From: a virus
DNA length: 64,000 nt
IMG/VR virus record: IMGVR_UViG_3300022700_000177
Location: 19,929-83,928 of that record
Reading direction: 5' to 3' (one strand)
Below are positions 56,849-64,000 of this stretch, in pieces; within the stretch, counting starts at the first letter, position 1; every line of letters starts with the position of its first letter. The notes beneath the pieces are model-generated. The model saw only the letters and a program-made list of their open reading frames with translations. It did no database searches and was not told where the DNA came from. The position numbers and the translations under genes are program-made.

Positions 56849-58201
56849 TTATTGTACGTTTTTAGAAATCAAGCCAACAATCTTATCCGCTTCTTTGTCT
56901 GCATCAAATTGCTGTCCGCCCGTTTCATCATCGTGTTCCTCAGAAAAGCCAAGTCCATCAATTTTCGGTTTGGTAGTATCTTCCAAACTGGCTTCCATAT
57001 CCTTGACTTCTTTGTCCACATATTCAGCAAATTTTGCTTCGTCAAAAACGTTATTCTCATCCACAAACTGTTCATGATTCATAAAACCCCGCATTTTTTC
57101 CTTAAAGCGGGCACTCCAGCCAGTTTTCTCCAGACGCTTTGTGACAACAGCAAAAGCAGAAGCTTGGATTTCTTTCTCAGTCCGAGCAAAATCCTTTTTC
57201 TCAAGAGACTGTACCCGATCATTGAGTTCAGACTTCTCAGTTTCACTCTTGGAAACAGAAGCTTTCAGATCCGCAATCTCTTTATCCTTCTTCTGCATTT
57301 CTGTTTGATGGGATGCCTGGAGTTCCTCAGTTACCTCTTTCTTGAACTCCTCCAAAAGCGTGGGATACTGTTCTTTCATTTCTTTCAGATCCATAATTTT
57401 GTGCCTCCTATGCAATTTTGTTTCAGTTTCAGTAAAACGGACTATTTCAACTTCAGTTTCTTCCATTTCACTCTCAGAAAATGCCCCTACAGATGTTTTG
57501 TTATCAGCACCAAATACACAAACAGACGATTCATTATAACGTGCTTTCCTTACAATCGAAGCTGGTCCTTTCAATGTATAGCCATTTACTTCAGCTTTGA
57601 CATCTTCAGCAACCTCTTCAATCACCCTTGGTCTAATGCTTATAGAAGCCTGATAAGGAAAACCCGCATTTGCATTTTCATAAAATTCATTTGCAACATC
57701 ATTGTTCAGTAATTCAAATTCATCCAATTCAACAGCGTTATTGTCGGTTGTAGGTTTAGCACTAAATCCTATTTTCCTGCCTCTATTATGTTCTTCAAGT
57801 ATTGGAAATTTTTTCTTGTTCTCAAAATCGAGTCCAGAAACATCAACAACCACCTTTCCGAAGAGCCAGTGTTCCATCGGCTGACCCGTATATGCTTTCA
57901 TATACGCTTTCCTATTATCACCGCCTTCTTTTGAAAACAGTATATCAGCCGGGGAATCAAATTGCAACCCTGACTTTGGAATTTTGCGTTTCTCTGTACT
58001 TACTGATTTATTCATTTCAGCTCCTTCAGCATTATCTTGTTTTTTCTTTTTAACCTCACCTCTGTAACTTTTACCCCCAATTGTACAGTATTTTACATAC
58101 TCACCTTTTTTAAGTCCGTGTTCTTTAGAAGGCCCTGATACTGTACGAACTTTTCCACCTTTTTTCACACAATTTTCAAATGCTTTTGGAATTTTAATCA
58201 C
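56849..58201 (-). CDS. prohead protease / scaffold
   Basis: AYTG, PIL.EH, GFPYQASI, E.SVC.FGAD..T followed by a coiled-coil scaffold. Confidence 0.85.
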   Translation of the reverse strand: MIKIPKAFENCVKKGGKVRTVSGPSKEHGLKKGEYVKYCTIGGKSYRGEVKKKKQDNAEGAEMNKSVSTEKRKIPKSGLQFDSPADILFSKEGGDNRKAYMKAYTGQPMEHWLFGKVVVDVSGLDFENKKKFPILEEHNRGRKIGFSAKPTTDNNAVELDEFELLNNDVANEFYENANAGFPYQASISIRPRVIEEVAEDVKAEVNGYTLKGPASIVRKARYNESSVCVFGADNKTSVGAFSESEMEETEVEIVRFTETETKLHRRHKIMDLKEMKEQYPTLLEEFKKEVTEELQASHQTEMQKKDKEIADLKASVSKSETEKSELNDRVQSLEKKDFARTEKEIQASAFAVVTKRLEKTGWSARFKEKMRGFMNHEQFVDENNVFDEAKFAEYVDKEVKDMEASLEDTTKPKIDGLGFSEEHDDETGGQQFDADKEADKIVGLISKNVQ

Positions 58202-58566
58202 CCCCCTCTACCTGTTTTAGAAAGGGAATCTATTTTATCATAAATCCTTTTGAAGTCTTCCTTAGTTTCTTTCCTACTGTCTTCCCTTTGTTTATCCATT
58301 GATAAAAGCTTTTTGTTTACTAAATCAATTTTACTGCAAATTGAGGTATTACATTCCCCTCTTTTTACTTCACACTCGCCTCTTGTAATCGCTGATTCTT
58401 TTGTGTGTCCTGCAATAACATTCACTTGTTCTTTTACCTCCTGCAACTGCTCCCCATGCTGCCTTATAATTTGGTTGATCTTACCCCAAGAAATTAAAGC
58501 AACCGTAAGTACGCCTATAAAAGAGCCTGCCCAGCTTACTCCAATTGCAATCCAATACTGTTCCAT
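58198..58566 (-). CDS. membrane protein with coiled coil (holin-like)
   Basis: N-terminal TM helix followed by heptads. Confidence 0.45.
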   Translation of the reverse strand: MEQYWIAIGVSWAGSFIGVLTVALISWGKINQIIRQHGEQLQEVKEQVNVIAGHTKESAITRGECEVKRGECNTSICSKIDLVNKKLLSMDKQREDSRKETKEDFKRIYDKIDSLSKTGRGG

Positions 58567-58743
58567 GTAAACCTCATAATTGTATTTTTTTAATTACTAA
58601 TTCCAATTGGAACTCAGTCAAATAGGAATTCAACAAAATTAACTTTTCCTTCTTTGCTTTCTTTTCCTTTTGGTCTGTTTCTACTTCAACAACATCAATC
58701 CAGTATTTATACAAATATGCTTTTATGAGGTGAACCGCTGTGT

Positions 58744-59169
58744 CTAATTCGCTTTCCATGCGAACCACCCACCCAAACGTACTCCGGCCCAAGCAATTCC
58801 TGCACCTATCTTTATGCCTGTCTGGTCTTCAGTAATACTATAGAGTAAATCGTCAGCTTGCTTCCTTGATAAATGCTCTTTTACACCATTGGGAAGCAAT
58901 AAGTAGCCTTTTTTGTACACAAAATCATGTACTATTGCTGCCATCATTAAAGGGCCAAAAGGAGGAAATAACCAAGCAAAGATCCTTGGAACAGAGGCAA
59001 AATCCAATATAAATCCTTTTGGGATTAACACCTTTCTCCCATCAGGCAACTCAATTTCATAATCTTCAAAGAAGATCCATTGCCTTCTGCCAAACCAGGA
59101 TTTAAGCCTTTTGTACCAAGACTCCCCTTTTGTAAACAAGGGGAGCATTTTTACTGGGGGCATTTTCAT
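58744..59169 (-). CDS. DUF1353 family protein
   Basis: IPKGF..DFASVPR, AAIVHD..Y, R.QAD, GVRLGG. Confidence 0.8.
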   Translation of the reverse strand: MKMPPVKMLPLFTKGESWYKRLKSWFGRRQWIFFEDYEIELPDGRKVLIPKGFILDFASVPRIFAWLFPPFGPLMMAAIVHDFVYKKGYLLLPNGVKEHLSRKQADDLLYSITEDQTGIKIGAGIAWAGVRLGGWFAWKAN

Positions 59170-59333
59170 AGCTCTGGTTGCTCTCTAATCTTTTTGTCCA
59201 GTTTGGCAAGCCTGGAACGTGCCTGTTCGATAGTTTCCGAAGTCTCGTAGCCCTCTTGCATGTACTGCTCCAACACGTCAAACAAGAGGAACAAGGCCCT
59301 GGCTGTGAGTTCTACCTTCAAATCATTATCCAT
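59166..59333 (-). CDS. small hypothetical protein (55 aa)
   Basis: MDNDLKVEL...QPEL*; overlaps both neighbours. Confidence 0.5.
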   Translation of the reverse strand: MDNDLKVELTARALFLLFDVLEQYMQEGYETSETIEQARSRLAKLDKKIREQPEL

Positions 59334-59653
59334 TACAGAACCTCCATCATCCGGCTAATCTCTACAAGCAATTTAATAATCACTTCCCTTTGCTGGCCTG
59401 GATCTGTGCCCCGAAGAACCTTGTCGTTGTACTCCAAGATAGCTTCTCGGGCCTTGTTCAGCTCCGGGACGATCTTGCTGTCCATGTACTCTTGTAGCTC
59501 AGGCGAGCTTTCCTTGTAAGTCTCAACATACTCACTGCGGAGCGTGAGGTACTTTTGGGAGACGTTGACTCCCAGGTTGAGAAGGGGAAGCTGCGTAGAC
59601 CCACAGCCAACCAAAAACATCAGCACTAAAATGAATGGAAAACACTTTCTCAT
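59333..59653 (-). CDS. lipoprotein (start revised to 59653)
   Basis: AAGGAG RBS; MRKCFPFILVLMFLVG-C lipobox. Confidence 0.65.
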   Translation of the reverse strand: MRKCFPFILVLMFLVGCGSTQLPLLNLGVNVSQKYLTLRSEYVETYKESSPELQEYMDSKIVPELNKAREAILEYNDKVLRGTDPGQQREVIIKLLVEISRMMEVL

Positions 59654-59664
59654 AGAACTTCTCC

Positions 59665-59736
59665 TTACCAAATCCATAAAAGATATCCAGCGAATATAAA
59701 ACAAATCAAAGATGCAACCAGATATCCTTTCTCCAT
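59665..59736 (-). CDS. 23 aa transmembrane peptide
   Basis: GGAGG RBS; MEKGYLVASLICFIFAGYLLWIW*. Confidence 0.4.
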   Translation of the reverse strand: MEKGYLVASLICFIFAGYLLWIW

Positions 59737-59929
59737 CAGTAAATCCCTCCATGTAGTCTTTCCCTTCCAGGGATTTGCTCTTTAGCTTCTCACCTGTCTG
59801 GAATAAGACCACCTTGAAAAGGCTCATTCTTAAAATGTTCAGGCCATTCTCTGAGAGCTGCTTTCCAATGTTCAGGTAGCTCTTGCCATTCAAGTGAAGC
59901 GATATGTTCTGGTTTGAATATTTCTGACA

Positions 59930-60271
59930 TTAGATTTCTCCTTTATCAGTCCAGCCATATACTCCAGGTTCCCAAACATTCGCTGAGATGTCAGACTTCC
60001 AAAGATGCCCGTTATGCGTGACCTGTGCTTCTTCCGCATAAGCGTCATGTGCTCCTTCTGGTTGTACCCATTCCGGGATTACACCAGGAGCAACAACCTC
60101 AGTAAACAAACTCTGAGCAGTTGTAGGCTTCCAATCAGCTTGCGTGGTATGAGCCTGAAGCACCCTAAACAATCCTGCATTGTATTGTAGCTTTTGCCCA
60201 ACAACAACATCCATACCTGCTTCCCACTCCAGGTAATCAGCAATCAACTCTTCCCGTTGTTCGTCAGTCAG
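59930..60271 (-). pseudogene. C-terminal carbohydrate-binding (CBM5/12-like) module lacking a convincing N-terminus
   Basis: YN..LFRVLQAHT.Q.DW.P, EWVQP.GAHDAY....VTHNG..W.S....NVWEPGVYGW. Confidence 0.55.
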
Positions 60272-60392
60272 ATATACTTGACAAGTCTTGATATGTCTCG
60301 ATAGTCTGGCCTGGAAGCACTGTCCTTTTCTCCCCGCTTGTATGTGTGACTCTATAGCTATTTCTCGTAGCATCGTTCCTATAAGTGGGCAT
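60264..60392 (-). pseudogene. 42 aa ORF with a strong RBS, apparently truncated
   Basis: GAGGAGG RBS; MPTYRND...SSISD*; stops inside a CTGACTGAC tandem. Confidence 0.4.
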
Positions 60393-60408
60393 TATTTGTT
60401 CCTCCTCT

Positions 60409-60693
60409 TCAATTTCTGCCTTGAGGGTTCTGCTTCTGTTTTTCTTGTTCTGTAGAGGCTGGAATTGGCCGCCCTATCAAAATCTTTTCCCCTGTATAAG
60501 ATTCAAAGATATTTCTCTCTTTAACCTTCCAAAGTGATTCAATTGAACGTCCTGATCCAGACAAAATAATTCCAGAATGTCCAAATTCGCCTTCAGAATC
60601 AGGTCTCCAAAAAGCTTGAACCAATGAAATTATACTACCCAAACCCTGAGGGTTCGAACTACAAAAAACATCGCCTCTTTGAATATCAAACAT
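60409..60693 (-). pseudogene. truncated permuted NlpC/P60 (YiiX-like) protein
   Basis: I..GD.F, S...HSGI, IES..W, IGR; the catalytic Cys half is absent. Confidence 0.5.
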
Positions 60694-60701
60694 AGTAAAA
60701 C

Positions 60702-61052
60702 CTAAAAGTAGTTTACAGAAATTTCTCCAGCTAACAAATTCTTTGTACCACCATTGCTTAAAGTTAAAGTCAATTTCAAATAGTATTCACCTACAGGTAG
60801 GTCAACAGCTTGCAACTTTAATTGTAATGTAGTATCACCTGTTAATGTTACCGAACCCGGTTCAACTAAATTTGAGTATTCAATAAAAGTACCAGCAGAA
60901 TATAAATACGCGGTTGCTGTTGCATCCGTTATAGTTAGCGTTGATGGCAATGCGGGACTGCAATCAAAACCATACGGTCCAAAAGCGTCATCAGTAGGAT
61001 ATAATACAATTTTAGTATCCTCTGCTATGAATCTTTCAAAATCAAGATACAT
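60702..61052 (-). CDS. Ig-like virion protein
   Basis: beta-sandwich pattern (G.Y.LKL.L..SNG). Confidence 0.45.
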   Translation of the reverse strand: MYLDFERFIAEDTKIVLYPTDDAFGPYGFDCSPALPSTLTITDATATAYLYSAGTFIEYSNLVEPGSVTLTGDTTLQLKLQAVDLPVGEYYLKLTLTLSNGGTKNLLAGEISVNYF

Positions 61053-61054
61053 GA

Positions 61055-61390
61055 CTATATCCTTAAATTGAATTTTCTATGTGTTATAATTACCCTTCCA
61101 GTATCAAATACCCAAACACGTTGATGTTCAGTTTCTATGCAATGCAAATAGTTTGATAATTTAAACCCATTTGCTTGCTTAATAAAACCCTTACCAAACC
61201 ATCCCACAAACTTATTATCTTTATGACAGAAAATATCAATTCTCTGTAAATTCTTTATAGATGGTAATATAGAAGCCCTTAGTACAGTATCAGAATCAAT
61301 ATCCTGCCATTTTATACCAGAATCTTGGAAATAGACTTCTCCATCAACTGTTTCAATTTCCCAGAAAAAAAAGGCACTTTTTTGAAGCAT
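61055..61390 (-). CDS. hypothetical protein
   Basis: ORF within the operon. Confidence 0.55.
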   Translation of the reverse strand: MLQKSAFFFWEIETVDGEVYFQDSGIKWQDIDSDTVLRASILPSIKNLQRIDIFCHKDNKFVGWFGKGFIKQANGFKLSNYLHCIETEHQRVWVFDTGRVIITHRKFNLRI

Positions 61391-61396
61391 GACAAA

Positions 61397-61888
61397 TTAA
61401 GTTTCTGTATAGCTAAAAGTTAAGGTTTCTGCACTTAAAGATCCTTGAGAGGCGGTATCTGCTACAGTCATTTGTAATCTCAAAATGTCTCCTTGATATC
61501 CTGTACCTGTGTGGGGTCCAGTATTATTAGCATCCATATCAATTGGAGATCCGCTATCAGCAGTAAACAAATCAGTCCCTGAAATATCTGTATTTTGCTG
61601 AGATTGAAAAGAGCTTTGGACATCATATTGAACACCTATTCCAGTGCCAAATCCATTTGACCCATCAGAATAAGCCTCCAAATCTTGTAAATCCGTATCG
61701 GGTGCCACTGTTACATTTAATTGGAGTTGTTTGGTATAACTATAATTTGTACCGCTCTCAGGAACAGTTAACCGATTATTAGTATCAACTGTGGTATTAT
61801 CTGCACTTTTAAATCTAACAGTACCGTCAGTTTTATCCGTCCCTGTATCAGTCGCCGTCATTTCATGTATTTGTACTGTTGCTGCCAT
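61397..61888 (-). CDS. virion structural protein
   Basis: T/D/G-rich; SY.K, LQM.V..TAS.G.L..ETLTFSY.E. Confidence 0.55.
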   Translation of the reverse strand: MAATVQIHEMTATDTGTDKTDGTVRFKSADNTTVDTNNRLTVPESGTNYSYTKQLQLNVTVAPDTDLQDLEAYSDGSNGFGTGIGVQYDVQSSFQSQQNTDISGTDLFTADSGSPIDMDANNTGPHTGTGYQGDILRLQMTVADTASQGSLSAETLTFSYTET

Positions 61889-61896
61889 AATTCCTC

Positions 61897-63960
61897 CTAA
61901 TTCTTATTTTTTGCTATAAAATTAAATATCTTACTATTTGCAACAAAAGTTGTTATTGGTTCAGGAAAAGCATCTTCTCCAATTATAGCATCCAGATATA
62001 CCATTTGAGAAAATATTCCTGATACAATAGCATCCATTTGCACAGTTGTAGACATTGAACGTAAAAGCATCGCGTCCATTACTGTGGATATAGTTTGATC
62101 AAATTTTGTAAGTAAGGCATCCAAACTTGTTGTAGAGGTTAATCCTGAAGCCAGGAGCAAAGCATCCAGAGTTGTTATTTCTGTATAGCTCTTAGATAAA
62201 ATACTATCAAAACTTAAAGAATTTGTTTTTACTTTCTTTGTTAATGCATCTAAACTCAATTGGGATGAAAAGGTTTTAGAAATTAAAGCATCCATATCTA
62301 TAGATAATGAAATACCCTCTTTCTCAATTAGAGCATCCAAACTTGTTGTTTCTGATAATCTTTCAATTAAAATTGCATCCAGTGAAACACTCTCTGTTAA
62401 GCCCTCTTTTAAAATTAAAGCATCAATTGAAGTAGTTGCCATTATACCCAACTTATTAAGTAAAGCATCAATTGAGACAACTTCGGTTTGTCCTACTTTA
62501 CTAACTATTCCATCAAAAGATAAAGAGGATATTAAAGTTTTTTGTAAAACTGCATCTAAAGAGGTAGTAACTAAATTTTCAGAAATAGATATTAAAATTG
62601 CATCCAGTGAAACACTCTCTGTTAAGCCCTCTTTTAAAATTAAAGCATCTAAATCAACATTTTCTTGAAGGGATTTTTGAATTAATGAGTCCAAGTCTAC
62701 AGTAGAAGTAATCCCAGATTTTAAAAGCAGTGCATCTAAATCAACGTTTTCACTTTTGGCTTGTTGCAATAAAGCATCAAATAATAAGGTTTTTATTTTC
62801 GAAGATTGTATTAAGGAATCCAACCCTGTTCCTATTGTCTGCCCTTTTTGAACTAAGGAATCCAAGCTAAGAGAAGAACCCAGTTGCTTAGAAATAACAC
62901 CGTCCAAATCTGTAACAACACTTTTCAAAGCGGATAGAATGGAATCAATGGACAAATCTACTGTTTGTTGCTTGCTTACCAGGGCGTCCAGGCCGGTGGT
63001 CTTGGAGATCGACTTGCTGATCAGGGCATCCAGGCTGGTGGTCTGCGTCACCGTCGTGCCGCCGCCGACTTCTGTAAAATAGAGCGGACAATAAAAATCC
63101 ACCCCGGTATTTTCTATTTTGCCTTCAATAACCCTATTGTTTGCCGGGGCTGCAAAAAAGTTGTGGTAACACTCATAATAATAATCATTGGATGAGCCGT
63201 CTTTTCGAAGGGCCGCATCGTAATATGACGAGCTACTCACCTCGATAACCGCGCCTGTTGCACCGCTTGGCAGTGTTGATAAATCCTGGTAGCTGCCCGT
63301 AGTGCTCAATGACATATCCGTTGCATTGGTATTAGTAGTCGCCCCCTCGGTCATCCAACCCATGAGCCAGAAGTCTTGATGGCTGGAATCACGGTACGTC
63401 TCACAGATCTCGCTTCCGTCCAGTCCAATCATGGCCCCAATAATTTCAAAACCAGAATCGCCCGTGCGGTTATCAGACGATCCATTCTTTCGAAAACCGT
63501 AATTGCGGCCACCCAGATCTGTGGTGTATTGCCATATAGCGACTATAGCAGTGTCATCTCCGGTGTCGGTCGATATGTCGGTATCGGCCCAAGTGCCACC
63601 AGCTCCGCCGTACTCAGTGGCATTAGTAAGCCAACCGGCTTCAGCTTCCAAGTATCCGACCAGATAGATTTTTACATCAGTCGAGCCGATATATAGATCG
63701 ACATTTAGAGATCCTCCGCCCGCATCGTGGACTCCGCAGGCCGCCATCGTATGCCGGAGACGGGCTACCCCGGCTGTCCGATTATCAGTGCTGTTGCCAT
63801 GCCTCCAGCCAACGTCATATTTCGTAGAGCTATGAGTATTGATGACGTGCAGCAGTACGCCCGTGCAATCCCCAGAGACGTAGCTGGACACATCAACTGA
63901 CACCCAGGAACCTGTAGTCCCTGGTGTGATGTCTTGGTAATCAACCTCAGTATAACTCAC
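61897..63960 (-). CDS. fibre-like virion protein with an N-terminal beta domain and a stalk of about 15-aa (S/T)LDAL(I/L)xK repeats
   Basis: about 20 repeats in the C-terminal half. Confidence 0.65.
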   Translation of the reverse strand: MSYTEVDYQDITPGTTGSWVSVDVSSYVSGDCTGVLLHVINTHSSTKYDVGWRHGNSTDNRTAGVARLRHTMAACGVHDAGGGSLNVDLYIGSTDVKIYLVGYLEAEAGWLTNATEYGGAGGTWADTDISTDTGDDTAIVAIWQYTTDLGGRNYGFRKNGSSDNRTGDSGFEIIGAMIGLDGSEICETYRDSSHQDFWLMGWMTEGATTNTNATDMSLSTTGSYQDLSTLPSGATGAVIEVSSSSYYDAALRKDGSSNDYYYECYHNFFAAPANNRVIEGKIENTGVDFYCPLYFTEVGGGTTVTQTTSLDALISKSISKTTGLDALVSKQQTVDLSIDSILSALKSVVTDLDGVISKQLGSSLSLDSLVQKGQTIGTGLDSLIQSSKIKTLLFDALLQQAKSENVDLDALLLKSGITSTVDLDSLIQKSLQENVDLDALILKEGLTESVSLDAILISISENLVTTSLDAVLQKTLISSLSFDGIVSKVGQTEVVSIDALLNKLGIMATTSIDALILKEGLTESVSLDAILIERLSETTSLDALIEKEGISLSIDMDALISKTFSSQLSLDALTKKVKTNSLSFDSILSKSYTEITTLDALLLASGLTSTTSLDALLTKFDQTISTVMDAMLLRSMSTTVQMDAIVSGIFSQMVYLDAIIGEDAFPEPITTFVANSKIFNFIAKNKN
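62366..62649. repeat. exact 59 bp direct repeat (62366-62424 and 62591-62649)
   Basis: ATTAAAATTGCATCC...AAAGCATC is identical in both copies and encodes DALILKEGLTESVSLDAIL. Confidence 0.9.
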
Positions 63961-64000
63961 GTTGCATCCTGATCGAGAGAGATAGAGACAGACTTGTTTT

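Noticed and set aside
54899-57712. Long antisense ORFs (54899-55570, 56852-57712; also 5827-6429 and 5885-6451)
   Set aside because: Shadows of well-supported genes on the opposite strand, with no motifs of their own
59660-59930. Stop-codon reassignment or TGA readthrough
   Set aside because: The region resolves into small ORFs with their own starts; long conserved genes are intact in code 11 and all three stop codons are used
60258-60272. RF2-like +1 frameshift at GAC TGA C
   Set aside because: The P-site codon GAC cannot re-pair at ACT; a deletion junction is the simpler explanation
1-64000. CRISPR array, tRNA/rRNA genes, integrase, transposase, reverse transcriptase or DGR
   Set aside because: No spaced repeats, cloverleafs or matching protein motifs seen by eye; intergenic space is very limited. 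tRNAscan or Infernal would be needed to exclude small RNAs formally.

Overview
This is a 64 kb segment of an AT-rich, tailed dsDNA phage genome. A tape measure gene, a tail tube gene and the absence of a sheath gene suggest a siphovirus. Two arms converge at about 34,760. The plus arm (1-34,767) carries replication and recombination genes: DnaB-like helicase, beta-clamp, UDG-fused family A polymerase, DnaX-like clamp loader, gp32-like SSB, RecA, 5'-3' exonuclease, resolvase and a split SbcC plus SbcD. It also carries nucleotide metabolism genes (ThyA, class II RNR, dUTPase) and a 7-deazaguanine DNA-modification pathway (queD, queE, folE, a DpdL-like T-fold protein, a DpdA-like transglycosylase; no queC in the window) with a glycosyltransferase coupled to the DpdL-like gene. 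The arm ends in a glycan cassette of 3 glycosyltransferases, a GDP-mannose 3,5-epimerase and 2 sulfotransferases. The minus arm (34,758-64,000) is the virion operon (protease/scaffold, decoration protein, major capsid, neck, tail tube, frameshifting tail chaperones, tape measure, tail-tip and DUF2341/LamG proteins) and ends in a NodZ/FUT8-like glycosyltransferase. The two best candidates for an undescribed system are (1) a sulfated, possibly L-galactose-containing virion glycan coat, with a hydrophobic-S-G-E-hydrophobic motif recurring in structural proteins as a candidate attachment site, and (2) a glycosylated 7-deazaguanine DNA base made with an apparently split DpdA. All calls come from reading motifs by eye; no database searches were run.
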